The notes under the pieces were generated by a model that made no database searches, was not told the DNA's origin, and saw only the letters and a program-made list of their open reading frames with translations. The position numbers were made by a program, and so were the translations under genes. A stretch of 63,987 nucleotides of DNA, counting the filler, from Thelocarpon superellum (lineage: Eukaryota): NCBI GenBank assembly GCA_026025795.1. It is 5 parts of 5 records of this genome, joined end to end, with 100 filler letters (N's around TTAATTAATTAA, not from the genome) between each part and the next. Parts side by side here need not be neighbours in the genome. Positions count along the whole stretch, not along the records: positions 1 to 13,907 come from JAPEUG010000446.1; positions 14,008 to 27,873 come from JAPEUG010000447.1; 3 more parts are not named here. One strand, 5' to 3'. Shown here one piece after another: positions 13,116 through 26,520 of the stretch; positions within the stretch are counted from its first letter, which is position 1, and the number at the start of each line of letters is the position of its first letter.

Positions 13116-13907
13116 CTTGTTGATCCAATGATGCTCGGGCGAATCGACCGTCCTAAGTTGACTCGGAGGCGGACGATGGACCCTGCTGCATCATGAAGAG
13201 TGGCCCTGACGGTTCATGTGTGATCGTGAGGCCAATGTGACGATGGTGTTGGAGGGGATCCGGTGTCGGTAAACAAAGCGAAGGTTGTTGCTATGCCGCC
13301 AGTCCCGAAGCGGCTTGGCGCTCGTGCCGTCCTCACCGCAGCATCACTACTGGCACGAAAAGGTGCAGGGATCTTTCGGCTGCGCCTTGGTACCAGTACG
13401 GGTGCGGGGATAGGCCATGACACCAGTTTCAGTGCCCGGATCCCGACCACAATGGTCGTACTGCTAGTACTACTAGTATTCCTGAAGCTCTCCAAGTCAG
13501 AGTCTGATCGTCACGGAAGGGCCCCTCGTCAATTGACCCCCCACTTCAGCAACTACAAGGTGGAGCTGCAAAGAGCATGAAATTGGTGGGGCCCGGGACC
13601 TGGATAGGGAGGCTCCTGTACCGCTACGAGTAGGCTTAGCGACCACCATAGCAATATGCCATTGACTCTTCACGCTTGGTCATGCTTGTCATGCTTGTCA
13701 TGCTTGTTGCCTCGAGTCCCGGCGCCAGATTCCGCCCTTGACCATGGAAACTCGTCGCGCGTGATCGGAAAGCATGGCCAATCATGTCGAGCATCACCCT
13801 TAAGCTCAGTTCGCTGGTCATCAAGACCCTCTCCAAACCTATCGCGGTAGGTCTCTTTTCCCCTGAAGTCGTCTGCCGCCCGAGGTTGCCCCCGCTAACG
13901 CCGATGC

Positions 13908-14007
13908 NNNNNNNNNNNNNNNNNNNNNNNNNNNNNNNNNNNNNNNNNNNNTTAATTAATTAANNNNNNNNNNNNNNNNNNNNNNNNNNNNNNNNNNNNN
14001 NNNNNNN
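13908..14007. other. Artificial contig linker (N44-TTAATTAATTAA-N44)
   Basis: 100 nt with a six-frame stop cassette; repeated identically four times in the window. Confidence 0.98.
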
Positions 14008-16113
14008 TTAAGAAGCAAACTCCCTCACGCACTTCCCGAACCAATTCCCGCGAACGCGCCGAGAGCGAGACAGCCCCCCCAGATCCCCCCCTCTCGGGCC
14101 TAAGCAAGCGTCCCCTCACCATAGATACGCCTCCCGTCCCGTCGCCGGACCCCGCGACGCGCCCGTCCACACGCCCGCCCGCCCAGACCGGGGCCGCGGT
14201 CGGTCCTCCAAAAGGCAAGTTGCTGGTCAAGATCTCCGCCGCAAAAGATCTACGCCCCTGTTACGATCCGTACGTCGTCTGCGTCTTCGAATGGAACGAA
14301 TACATCTCCAAAGGACCCAAGTTTGGGGACGTGGACATGGATCGAGACGATGACGGCGTGCGGGACGACGTGGGGGGCGTGCCCATCCGCCGTTCCGGCA
14401 GCGACATGGGCCGGGCCATAGCCATTCCCATGAAGAGTCGTCAGAGCAGCAACACGAGTCTGTCCGATCAGAAGGAATTTCGGAGTGGCCGGACGTTGAC
14501 CGATCCCCGTTGGGACCACGATGCCGTCTTGTCCGTCTCTCTCTGATCGATCTCGCTGATGAGACCCGTGCCTTGATTAGATAGCTGACATGGATGCCAG
14601 TGATGTCGTGGGCGAGAATTCCGAGATTGACGTGTCCATCTACGATCGCCGCGGCCACGAGCGTTTCCTCGGCCACGTGCGATTCTCTCCCGTCTTGGAT
14701 GATGTAGACAAGTGGACCGATGGCTGGTACGAACTGCAGACTCGAGGTCACGGAGAAGAGACGGTGTCGGGCAGCATCCATCTTCAGATGAAATTCCAGC
14801 GTACGGACAAGAAGCACTTTGGACCGGAAGACTTTGAGATCCTGAAGTTGATTGGCAAAGGTATCTGACCCGTGCGCTGTCCGACCTGTCAGCTGGGGCT
14901 AACCCTTGCCGCCTCAGGTACCTTTGGACAAGTCTACCAGGTCCGCAAGAAGGACACACAGCGCATCTACGCGATGAAGGTGCTCTCGAAGAAGGTCATT
15001 GTGCAGAAGAAGGAGGTGGCGCATACGTTGGGCGAACGAAACATCTTGGTGCGGTCAGCCATGATTGACTCGCCCTTCATCGTGGCCTTGAAGTTCTCCT
15101 TTCAGACGCCTACGGACTTGTATCTGGTGACGGATTACATGTCGGGCGGAGAGCTTTTCTGGCACCTCCAGAAGGAGGGCAAATTCGACGAGCAGCGCGG
15201 TAAATTCTACATCGCCGAGCTCATCTTGGCACTGCAGCATCTGCATCAACACGACATCGTCTACCGTGATCTCAAGCCGGAGAACATCTTGCTCGACGCC
15301 AATGGACACGTCGCGCTGTGCGACTTTGGCCTGTCCAAGGCCAACCTGACGGAGAATGCGACGACCAACACGTTCTGCGGCACGACCGAGTATCTGGCGC
15401 CCGAGGTCCTGCTGGACGAACAAGGCTACACCAAGATGGTGGACTTTTGGTCGCTCGGGGTCTTGGTCTTCGAGATGTGCTGCGGCTGGAGCCCCTTCTA
15501 CGCCGATGACACGCAGCAAATGTACAAGAACATCGCCTTTGGCAAGGTGCGCTTCCCCAAAGATACGCTGAGCCAGCCCGGGCGGGACTTCGTCAAGGGC
15601 CTGCTCAACCGCAATCCCAAACACCGTCTCGGCGCCAAGGATGACGCGGCGGAGTTGATGCGTGAGCCTTTCTTCAAAGACATCGACTGGGTGGCGCTGG
15701 CCAAGAAGAATGTCATCCCGCCTTTTAAGCCCAAGCTAAAGTCGGTGCTCGACACGTCCAACTTTGATCCCGAGTTCACCAACGCCCTGAATGGCGCGTC
15801 GTCGCTGAACGCCCGCGCTGCAGCGCTCGCCTCGGCGGTGCCAGACTCGACCCCCCTATCGCCGGGTATGCAGGCGAACTTCCAAGGATTTACGTTTGTG
15901 GACGAGAGCACCATGGACGAGAACTTCCGGGGGCGAGCAGATCGTGACGAGCTCGAGCGCATGGACGAGGATGCTCGCGAGGAGGACGCGGATTGGGAAG
16001 AGGTGGGTGGGGGTGGGGATGGCGGGACGGGTGATCGAATGAGCGGCGTCATTCGCTCGAACACCAGCGGCGGGGGCGACGACGGCGTCTTTCACGGCAC
16101 CTTTGACATCTGA
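14008..16113 (+). CDS. SCH9: AGC kinase Sch9/SchA (C2 plus kinase domain), 5'-truncated by contig edge
   Basis: C2-like region (PYVVCVFEWNEYIS), LIGKGTFGQVYQVRKKDT, YRDLKPEN, TFCGTTEYLAPE, hydrophobic motif FQGFTFVDE. Exons <14008-14530, 14601-14860, 14918-16113. Confidence 0.95.
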
Positions 16114-19100
16114 GGGACGCCTGAGGGACGCCTAGGGCACGCTTCGGAGGGGTGGCATTTGCATTTCATGGGGGTTCGGCACATTACGCATCTTGCCATG
16201 ACTTCCAGCGACTCACACTTGCAGGCGTTTCATGCATCATCGGGACCCTTGATGGATGGATGGATGATTCGATTCTTTGCAACATGCGCCATCTGATTGG
16301 CTCTGTGAATACATAATTAAATTTTGACGAGTCGCCATGGGGATCCCTCGACGGGCGTGAAGCGGACCGTGCGACCCGGTGGCAAGTGCCTGGAAGTCCA
16401 CATCCGCATGGGTGAGTGCTGGTCGATGATCGGGAAAGGCTAATCCGGCATCGACTTGACGGCAAAGTCTATCACGGCGGTGACACGATGGTTGGTATGG
16501 TTTAAACCCCGGCGGCCGCCGAGCTGTGGTGGGGCAATGTATCTGCTGCAGACCGCTTCTTCTCCCTCACCGTGGTCCGTGGACCGTGGCGCGTCGGCCC
16601 CTAGCAAAGCTCTGCATCTCCTCCGTTCGCCCGTCCGCCTGGTCCTGCGTGGGCTAGGCGGGTAGGTCTCGTCGACACATGACACGCACTTCGAAGGCAT
16701 GTACCAATGTACCCGCACACTGTGATGTAGTCCCACTCTACTTAGAGCTGCTACTTCCTACTAGTATAGTAGTAGTAGTAAGTGTTAGTGGCCGTGGTGG
16801 AGAATCGAGCAGGCAGCTACCCACACGCACAGGACGACGTGCGTTTAGGTCTCACCGGCGCACGCCAGCGGCCGCGCGGGGAGCGGAGGACAGTTACTAT
16901 GCCAAGTAGGCAGCGGAGAGGGAAAAGAAGAGGGGCGATACCGATGACGGAATGACGAATGGGAGACCGACTTTGATCCGTGCCACTCCACCTGCAACGA
17001 ACGTGCTACTGCAGGGCTAGAAAAGTCGGGCCTCGGAAGCGGGCCACGGGCGACGCACCCACGTTCTGGGCCAACATTCGCGGCCCCGGTCAGGCAGGTA
17101 TCGGGCCCCGTTCGCCTCCACCGGCGGTCACGTAATGGATGTCCGTGTGTGGATCTGACCCATCATCGAGGGTCTCGGGATCGAAGCTACTGGCCACCCG
17201 CGGGACCCTTCCGCCCTCCTCGGCCATCGCCCCGCTCACACCAGATATTTCTGAGTCAGTCCCAAGCGCTGATATCGCTAGGCTGGGGCTGACCGGCAAG
17301 GACGAAGCAGAGGCAGGAAGTGTGGTACTCGTACCTTCGTCGCGTGGGGCCTCTCCAACGTGACCGCCGACTCTGAGTAGTCGACGCCACCAAACGCACC
17401 AAGTTATGTCTGACGAATGCACTCTATTTCCCGCCTCCATCATACCGCCGTTTCTCATCCCGACTCTTTCCTCGAATACAGCAGAGGGCATACTATCGGC
17501 GCACAGAGGGTTACGATGGTTTGGGAGCGGAGAGAGAGGTGTCGTTTCGTGTAGGATGTGGAAACATGGTCCTGGATGCATGGAGCAGTTTCTCATGCTC
17601 TAGCGACTCGAGCCTCAGAGGCATAAGCGCACCCCGATCGGATTTTCCAAAATGACAGGCGGCGGATCTATGCACGGGTATCTACTGGAAGACAAGGGGC
17701 AAGATGAATGAGCGTGGCGGTTGAGGGGTATGGGACGTAGGCCGAATTTGCTCATGCTATTTCTCCCCGAGCCTGCTTGGCACATGCCTGCTTGATCCTT
17801 TCATCTGGATGGATGCCAACGCGTGACCTACGCTTGCGTTCCCGCCGGAAGCTGTCCAAGTCGACACGTCGGAAGGACCTATTTTCGGACGTTGTTTCTG
17901 TCGCGGGCTCATCGACCCCCACCCACAGCCAAGCACCGTCACGAGCTGCGCTTCGCATCCCTCGCCGCCGACGGGCATGAGCGCGTAGTGGTTCCCGTGG
18001 GCTAGACTATGCGCTCTTCGGAGTACCCCGACTTCGTCAGGAGCTTCTGGTTCTGGTCCTTCAGCAAGAACCAATCCAGCCTGAAACGGGGCCGACGCGT
18101 TGCAAGCAAGAATTAAAGCCGATGGTATGGGCACGGCGCACTTGATCCGTCCTCGGCCGTATTGTCCCCATCACGAGCAGTCCTCAGGCCTCCGCTGTCT
18201 CGATATGGGGGGACTTGTAGTAGGGTTGAACTCCCGGCCAAAGCGCGACCCCCAAAGCCTAACCGACTCCCGTTGGGTCACAACGAGGAGAAACGCATGG
18301 TATTTAGGCAACCGGCGGTACAAGCCCCTCCACATGAATACTTCACGCTTGGGTCTCCCGCTACCAGTAGCATTGGGATTACGAGTGCCAGACCTGAACC
18401 GGCCGGGAAAAGGAGAGGGGAGGGCCATGGCAGAGCTAGCGCGAAGCGAGAGGAGGCATTTGGGGTAAGGGACCAACGTGGACGGGTCCTCGGCTGTCGG
18501 GCTTCCTCAGTCAAATTGCAGCGTCGAGCAAGCCTGGCAAGAGGTTCAGGCATGCTTTGGCTAGCGGTTAGCCACGGGCGCTCCAGCAGTACGCGAATCG
18601 CTGCAGTGAGGACTCCCTCGCCGGAGACCGAGGGACCCTTGGCGCTCACTAGATGTTCACGCTACAGCCACTACAGCAACGCCGCGACAACGGGGAATGA
18701 TCCGAAGAGTCATTGGACCCCCCCAACGCCCCCATCTCTCATACTTCTAGCCCAAGCCCACGCCAACCGCGCACCGATGCAAAGATGGTTGCCCAAACAG
18801 AAGGCTCAGAGAAGCGACCGCCGCGCGATCGAGCGCGAAATGTCGTAGATACCAGACACCGAAGTCCCGGCGTATCCACGCATGCCCACCTACACACCCA
18901 CGCGCCTACGTCTTCGCCACGCCCACACACCCTCTCGCACACGCAACAATCCCCCGGCAACCAGGGAAATATCGTTTCCCGTTTCGTACCATCGACGGTA
19001 ATTTCTCGTCCTGCGTCCACTCAACTGCTCCCTAGTCTTCACGTACTAGGGTTCCGGCACTATGACAGGCACCTCAGCAAAGTCATACCTGTACTCATAC

Positions 19101-19928
19101 CTGTAGTCACAGTAGTCAAAAGTCGTAGTCACGACGGCCGTTCCGACGGTCCACCGCTACTGTGCGAGTGCTTGTGTTCGTACGAAGTTCCAGTAACATA
19201 CTGGACGTAGAGTGCGGTGCTGCGACCGCTATTCCGACTTAGCCTCGCCATCGCCTCTCGTCGGGTCCTCGCTTCGTCCATCCGCCGTCCCCTTCTCGTC
19301 ATTATTCAATTCCTCCCTCCTGCTCCCACACCACTGCCGTCACCCACCCTACCCTCATTCCCTTCTCTACCCTTCATTCTCCCACACCTCGTCTCCTCCG
19401 TGGTGCCTGCATCTCCTTCCCTCCTCGCCTCCCTCCTCGCTGCCTCGTCCGCTGTCCTGATCTGCCTGCGTTTCTCGCCCTCCTCGCCGTCTTGCGGGTC
19501 TCAGCCGCCGACCGGCCTCTTGAAAACCTCCCCCTCACCGCGCGGCACAGATATTTTCCGTCGTATCCCTCCACACATCTGATTGCCACGACGATCTCGT
19601 TGGTGCTGCCGCGCCCAACAAGGCACCCTCGCCGCTAATCGAGTTGGTTGAGGAGGACGACTCCGCCTCGGTCCAGCTTCAAACCGGGCCATCCGCCACC
19701 CGACGCAGCCTACCTCCACCTGTTCGGACTGCGCTTGCACGCCCTCCTCTGGTCTACGTGTGTGTCCCGGCCCTCCTTTCGACCTAGTCATCTTCTGCTC
19801 ATCCCCGCCTTGATCTGATCTGCCCGGTTAACGATTTACGACCACCTGCCCTCGAGCCCCGCCGCCTTGTCACTCGTCGCCCGACCGATCTTCGCGTCCT
19901 CACCGGACACGGGAATCTCAAGCTACGA

Positions 19929-19955
19929 ATGGCGAACTTCGTGGTGACCTTTTAA
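19929..19955 (+). other. Putative uORF1 (MANFVVTF*) in the cyclin leader
   Basis: ATG GCG AAC TTC GTG GTG ACC TTT TAA; one of only two ATGs seen in the spliced leader from about 19200 to 20434. The transcript start is inferred. Confidence 0.4.
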
Positions 19956-20197
19956 TTAAGTATTCACCAGCTGTCCGCCTCGCCTGATTCGGTCCCGATC
20001 GTTGTGAATCCGATTAGCAGATCAACCACAAACGAGACGTCACTCAGGAACACCAACCGTGGCGGATAATCTCACAGTCGCGCTCAGATCCCGAGTGGTG
20101 GGTGACTCGGTCGCCGTGGGAGCGTTGTTCCCACCCAACAAAGGATCCCAACGTGTCCGGAAATAGCCCTTTTGATAAGCCTTCGTCAACACTCGGC

Positions 20198-20215
20198 ATG
20201 CGGTCCCATCTCTGA
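20198..20215 (+). other. Putative uORF2 (MRSHL*) in the cyclin leader
   Basis: ATG CGG TCC CAT CTC TGA, upstream of a predicted 5' UTR intron at 20299-20389. Confidence 0.4.
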
Positions 20216-20434
20216 AGACGAGTGGGAGTACTCTCCCCAGGAAGCCGTGTCCGATCGTGCCTCAGCCTGGGCCCTAGTATCCGTCACACCGGGTTCTGGT
20301 GAGTCTTCTCGGCTGGTGACCAAAGCCACCTTTACTTCACTTCGTCTTGCCAGGATTTTGTGCTGATATGTGTGATGAAGCGACTCCAGGACTTGCCGTT
20401 GCTCCCGCTCAACTTCGGCTTTTCCAGCCGGGCT

Positions 20435-21880
20435 ATGCCGTCGTTCGTCCCTCGCGCCTATCCGCACGTCTCGCCGTTTATCCCGCCACAGAAGTCCACC
20501 CACGGTCCGGGTGGAAGCGCAACCGGCGCAATGACGCAGATGCATTACGTCCCTCACGGCAACATCGGAGGTCGCCCCGAGAAGTCTGGATATGATGCGG
20601 CGGACGCCTACAATCACGCTCCAACCTTCGCGGCGGCGTGCTCGCTGATGTACCCGAGTCAGCCGGTGCAGCAACCGACGTACAACGGCTTTCCGCCGCC
20701 GGGCATCACTCACCCGCCGCAGACGTACGGATCAATCGGGGCTCCCATCCTTCCACCTCTCCGTATTCATGGCCAGCCCTTGCACGATGGCTCGGTCTCT
20801 TCGCATCATGCGCACTCGCGTGCGCCGACGGCCAACGCTGACACGGCTAAAGATGACAAGGCCATTGGAGGAGTGGCGGCCTTCCTTGACTACGAGATGG
20901 AGCACATGTCCGACTATGTTGCAGAGATGGCGCAAGGAATGTATGAGCTCTACGACTCCAAGTTGTATTTGCCCGATGTTGACATGATCCGAAGCGTCCA
21001 ACCCAGCGTCGCCGTATCTCCCGCGTTCCGGAAATTTGTGGTGCAGATCCTCTCGTCGACCCGGCTACCCAGCTCGACCATCCTTTTGGGACTCTACTAC
21101 CTCAACATCCGCATGAACATGCTCTCGGCCCATGGCCGGCACGAGACATCGAGTGGGCAGGTCTACCGGATGTTGACCATCGCCTTGCTGCTGGGGAGCA
21201 AGTTTCTGGACGACAACACCTTTCAGAACCGGTCGTGGTCGGAGGTGACGAGCCTGCCGGTGTCGGAACTCAACACACTCGAGGTGGAGTGGCTGGTCGC
21301 GATCGACTGGAACCTGCACATTGACCCCAACGAACGCCACGGCTTCATGACGTGGCGGGAACATTGGCAGCACTGGAGAGGCAAGGCGGCTGAACAACCA
21401 GTGATGAAGCTGCTCCCGCTCGACAGCAACATCCAACGATCACGCCAACCGGTCAAGCACTATTCGCCGACGCCAATGTACCCGCCTCAACACTCCAAGT
21501 CCGTTGCCCCACCCATGTCAGACCGTGCGCCGATGGCCTATCAACCTCCCGTACCATATGATCCGAGCGCGTGGGCGTACTCGCGACCGGTCACGGAGCG
21601 TTCCCCTCCATCCGCATCAGGCACAGGACCGACCACGCCCGAGTATTATGGTGGATGGTCCGCGCATGCGCACGCGCCTCCACCATACTCGGCGCGGCCT
21701 CATTCACACTACTCGTCGCAACCGCCCTCCTACCATCAGACGCCTTACATGCCACCGTACAACCCGAATGTGTGGCATGGCCATCCTCACGGGGCTGGAT
21801 GTGGGTGCGCGCACTGCGTGCGACCAAATGAGCATTACTTCATTGGGAGTGGGTATGGTCAGCAGACGGTCATGGGCTAG
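20435..21880 (+). CDS. CLG1: Pho85/Pcl-class cyclin-like protein (Clg1/Mug80 type)
   Basis: GGVAAFLDYEME...QILSSTRLPSSTILLGLYYL...LLLGSKFLDDNTFQNRSW...LNTLEVEWL cyclin box with Pro/Tyr-rich flanks. Start placed at ATG 20435 because 20299-20389 looks like an intron (GTGAGT...GCTGAT...CAG). Confidence 0.85.
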   Translation: MPSFVPRAYPHVSPFIPPQKSTHGPGGSATGAMTQMHYVPHGNIGGRPEKSGYDAADAYNHAPTFAAACSLMYPSQPVQQPTYNGFPPPGITHPPQTYGSIGAPILPPLRIHGQPLHDGSVSSHHAHSRAPTANADTAKDDKAIGGVAAFLDYEMEHMSDYVAEMAQGMYELYDSKLYLPDVDMIRSVQPSVAVSPAFRKFVVQILSSTRLPSSTILLGLYYLNIRMNMLSAHGRHETSSGQVYRMLTIALLLGSKFLDDNTFQNRSWSEVTSLPVSELNTLEVEWLVAIDWNLHIDPNERHGFMTWREHWQHWRGKAAEQPVMKLLPLDSNIQRSRQPVKHYSPTPMYPPQHSKSVAPPMSDRAPMAYQPPVPYDPSAWAYSRPVTERSPPSASGTGPTTPEYYGGWSAHAHAPPPYSARPHSHYSSQPPSYHQTPYMPPYNPNVWHGHPHGAGCGCAHCVRPNEHYFIGSGYGQQTVMG

Positions 21881-22819
21881 ACCACTTGGCAAACGACTTT
21901 CATTCCGCAAACGAAAAGGACCCTTCTCGCATCACCCCAGCACTTTGTTTACATTTCTGACGACCTTTCCCAAAAGCTCTTTCCGCATCATGACCAGCGT
22001 TTGCTTTTGCCAATCACGAATTGCTTCGCCTGCGTTGAGCATGCTCTGCTTCTCTCGCCTTCATGATTTTCTTCTCCTGCCGCTTGCACCGGTGCGTGCC
22101 CTTTCGCTATGCTCACTAGATTTCCTGATTTGCGCTGCTTTGATTTGGCTCGTTTCGCAAACATCATGGAGGGAGGTGATTCTTCGAGCGCATGAAATCG
22201 ATGGGATCTGGGTTCTGGAGCTCCCATGTACGTGAATTGTGCGTTGTGATCTTGGGTGAGGTTTCTCGGGGACGTTTACCCTTCCCTTGCAATCTGATGG
22301 TGGAGAAGGCATGGCTGCAGCATCGGGAGGTTCATGGGATTGGGCGGGGCCGCACTCTCGTTTTCTGCTTTTACATGTATACCTTTCTTCTTTCTCTTCT
22401 TTTATTCCGCCGTTCGGATCCAGACATCTGAAGCAGCCAGATACGTGAGCCATGGCGGAAGGCGCGCCGAACGAGAGACAGAAGGTTCCTGCGAGGGTCA
22501 TGACGGGGCAAAGTAAGACGGGATTGGGAGCGAGGTCGGGCTGGAGTGGGGTGTGGCGCGGCGTGATATGGCGTTTGTAATCTACACTTCCGTTCGTTCC
22601 ATCACCCTTTCTTTCCTGCGACGAACGTGGGCCAATTTCACCCCACACGTACAAGCGAGCGAGCAGATCAACAGGCAAAGATTCCAAAGACAACACCGAG
22701 GTGACGAAGCCGATGATCTGCTTTCATACGACCGAAATGTGCCTCCAAAGTTTCTACGGAAGAATGAGATATATCGCTTGCGACATGCCATCCCACGTCA
22801 CAGCACTCCCAACTCAGGC

Positions 22820-24900
22820 TCAAAGCAACTCGACAAACTGCCAGCCGCGCTCCGTTCTGCGCAAGCACACGCGCATCTGCTTAGCCAGGACGCGCATATC
22901 GCTCACGGAGGCGATCTCATCCTCGCGGGCCGCGTTGGCCGTGGTGAGAGAGTAGGGGTCTAGGCCATGAAAGAGCAGGGCGAGCGGGGACGACTTCCAC
23001 GCCATGCGCTGATGCTGGGACCCGCCCGTCTCGGCCATGGTGGCCACGAGGAACAGCAGGGTGAAGAAGCCCAGCACCATGGGCACGATCGCGTAGCCCC
23101 ACTGCACCCGGACGCACGTGTTGGCCTGCCACACCTGGCCCACGGCGGGCGCCACCCTGTGCTGGTCGAAGAGACTGTGGCCTGTTCGAGCGGGCCGCGT
23201 GCTCTGCCGGATGTAGGCCGTCATGGAGTCGGCGATGTCGGCGAAGGTGTCGTTGATGTAGCCCAGCGACACGTTGCCATCGTTGAAGAATTTCTGAAGC
23301 TGCACCGACCCCGTCGTGGCGTAGTCGTAGCTGGACTCGGGGCTCTGCGTCACCGTGCCGTTGAAGAATGTCGACGTGAAGTAGCCCAGACTCGTGCTTG
23401 TTTGCTCGTAGATTGCGTAGGTGCATGCATCGGGGATGCTGATGTTGGGCAGGCTGCCTGTGCCGTTGGTGATGGCCATGGTGCCGTTGCCAAATGTGTC
23501 GTTCCCCATGTACCCGAGCCATCTCGTGCTGGCGTTGATCGTGTATCCCACGTCGATTAGAGATTTCCGGACGGCTGGGGATAGGCAGTCCACGTCAAGC
23601 GTGACGCTACTCTCCAAGGCGTTGTCCCGCGCCCACTCGGCCGACGTCGAGACCACCGTTTCCTCGAGCTTGCCGTTGTTGATCGCCGCCTGGTAGGAGC
23701 GGACACAGGGCGACAAGGTGCACGAGGCGGCGCCGTGTCCCATGCACGGCCATGTGGCATTCTCTTGCTTGGTGGAGCAGTTGCCGCTGTAGATGTTTGT
23801 GAGGTTCATCGCAATGATTTGCATGCTTGAGTTCCCCCCACTCGGCCCTTGCATGTTGAAGTAGTCGATGTCGCCTTGATCGTCGTCCCTAGATATGGCA
23901 GAGAACCCGCCTGGAAGACTGGAGTTGCATTGCCATGTGGGTGATGTAGAGTTGACCGTTGAGTTCGAGGCCACGTCGAGACTGCTGACGGTGGAGTTCA
24001 CGTAGCCGCACGACGTGTTCAGAGCTGGTGTGAGATCTACACATGAGCTGCAGTAGCCCAGAGTCTGGTACGTCTCGGGGAAAGTACAGTTGCCTTGATG
24101 CTGTCAGGATGGAGATTACCAGGGGGCTTGTGAAAATCAACTCACCCGTGGGACATGCAAAGGAGATGCTGACGGATTCGGGGCTGAACAGGCCTGCATT
24201 GATGGCAGACTGATAGTCGTAGTTCAAGGTAGTGACGCCGGCGCCGATGTGACGCCCCGTCTCGCCAAATGCATTCGTCCGGGGAATTGTTGCCAATGTG
24301 TCGGGGAGCTGGCTCGGGCAGTTATAGTACACGACGAGAAGCTGCGACAGGGGATCGAGCACCAAGCACACGAGGATCACCAGAGCACCGATTGTTGCCA
24401 CCAAGTGTCTGTGGGAACGAGGCATTAGATTGACTCCTTCTGCATCGACTGGGCGTGGGAGTATCATACCGTCCTCGAAGGACTCCGATCAGGACGAGTG
24501 CACCCCATGGCCCTCGACTGGCCAAGTCAAACTGTGAGAGATCTTGAAGTGGTCTCGGCTGGGTGTACCAGATCCATTTCAGCTGGCTGAGACCTGCTCA
24601 ACCGTCAGACAGGTTTCTTGCAAGCGGGAGCGGCGGACAGGTACCTTCGGTGATGATCAGTAGAATCGCTGTCTTGAGAACTACCACGTACACGGCCACT
24701 AGCGTGTTGACGGAGATGTTCAAGGGTAGCTGTGGTAGTGGCTGATCTTGGTAGATGATTAAGGTAAAGATGAGGGCCAGGATGGCCGACACCACCACCA
24801 GCGCAGAGAAGATCTCGGACCGCCAGTGGCCGAGAATACCGAAACAGGTCGAACGCGTCTCTGGGCCATCCTGTTGCTTTTCCTCTTCGAGAGACGACAT
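22820..24900 (-). CDS. DUF3176-like fungal membrane glycoprotein (multi-exon)
   Basis: N-terminal WRSEIFSALVV...YQDQPLPQLPLNISVNTLVAV, SQLKWIW, ASRGPWGAL; C-terminal CVRVQWGY followed by a TM helix and WKSSPLALLFHGL; many N-x-S/T sites. Several short introns between about 24090 and 24645. Confidence 0.8.
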
Positions 24901-26520
24901 GTTATCCGCTGCTCTTTGGCTGGCACTCCATCGAGCGCTGGCCGTGATATCAGGGTTTCATGGCCGGAGGCGATGGCTGCAACAGCCTGATCACCTTGGC
25001 AATTGTGACCGGCCTTGGTAAAGACCTACAGGAGAAGAGAAATCGACCTGATGTCAACCATTGAGTGAGGTTCACACGGGTATAATAGAGTTGGAGCCTC
25101 CTCCCATGGCTTTGCGGCATGACCGTGGAGGCATATCTGCATAAGGATAACAAGGAAGGCAGCCAGCGCCATGAAGATATGCGAAACGCTAGACTCGACG
25201 TTTTGAACCTACGTGCAGGCCGTACACATCCTCCTGATCTAGGCCATGAGATCTAACGGATCGAGAAATTAAAGATGCTGATGGAAGGCAGGGCTACCAG
25301 CCTGCGAGGATTCCCCGCCTATGCGGCCTGCACCTGGTCACCAGACAATCACGTGCCTAACGACGGTCTGGGCAGCACGGTGTCATGCAGCAGGAGGTTA
25401 CGTACGCCTCTACCATTGGTCGGAGGGGCAGAGAAAGCTTCGGTTGATTGCGGCTGGTACGTACCCTGACCGGCGACGTTCCTTCGTTGCATGTTGCCCG
25501 TGACTTTGCACCTACGGGGTAGTGGTCGCTGGCAGGTTGTCTTTTCGTTACGGGGACCAGAAGCCCTGAACTTTAGAGCAGAACATGTCACGGTGAAGTA
25601 GGATACGGTAACTACGGCAGCCACAAGCGAATGCGCGAAGATTGGACAAAGGGAATCGCAGGCGGACCGTCTGCGATGAGCAATCTGATGCCACTCCGCT
25701 CAGCCAAAGGATCAGCGCGCAAGGCAGATTTGCAGATGTCTACTTGTGTCGGCCAGGGAAAAGGCTCTTGGGCTTCTCGTCCATGGCTCTCCATTTGGTC
25801 GCGATCATCTGCTGGCCGATCAAGCATGACTCGACCACTTGGCAGCAGGGCTGAGCACGGCGAACCTTGTTGGCGCCTGGCCAGGGTTCCGGGATGGAGA
25901 CGGGCTAAAAGGCAACGGCGTGGTACCAGACCAGTGTAGTGCAGGCGAGGAGCACCCATTGGACCAATTGCGCGCCGGGCCGGACGCGAATCGGCGGTGT
26001 CGGGAGGGTTGCACTCGGCAATTCCACGCCCAGGTTCATTTCCAGGTGTCAAGTATACCTGCACCTCCTGAGCCGTCCGCGTCTTAGTGGAGGCTCCGCG
26101 TTGACCAACGACGAGGCACGCGATCCCGTGCACATGGGCCCCTCCCCGGCCCATGAGCTGGCTGGGCGGCCCCCATTGAACCCTCGCGACATGGGCCTGT
26201 CCGTGCGTGCTCGGCGGGGATGGACGTAGATGTGACCGCCCGTAATCGACCAGACCTCTTGTCATCGCCGCACCTCTCGTTTCCTCTCTCCCTCGCGATT
26301 TCTCCTTCTCCCTCTTCCTCTCCCTCATCCTCTTCGCCGCTCGCTCGCTGCACTGTATACTACGCTGCGCCGACTCGCGCCAAATCTTGCTGTTGCCGGG
26401 CGATACCCCCTCGTAAGGATGTCTCCACGAGGTGGGAGGGGGGGTGGTGCAACGGTGGTCAGCGTCGGGAGTGATGGTTACAATGACGACGGCGTGGATG
26501 ACTCCGTCTGGACGGAACCC

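Noticed and set aside
13952..13963. TTAATTAATTAA recurring about every 13.96 kb as a biological periodic element
   Set aside because: Always flanked by exactly 44 N on each side; an artificial six-frame-stop linker.
16114..19200. Possible structured ncRNA (snRNA, SRP, telomerase RNA, TPP riboswitch) in long intergenic DNA
   Set aside because: No diagnostic motifs found by eye; an Infernal/Rfam scan would be needed to exclude it fully.
20275..20434. Long non-AUG N-terminal extension of the cyclin
   Set aside because: After splicing, an in-frame TAG at 20275-20277 limits any extension to about 22 codons.
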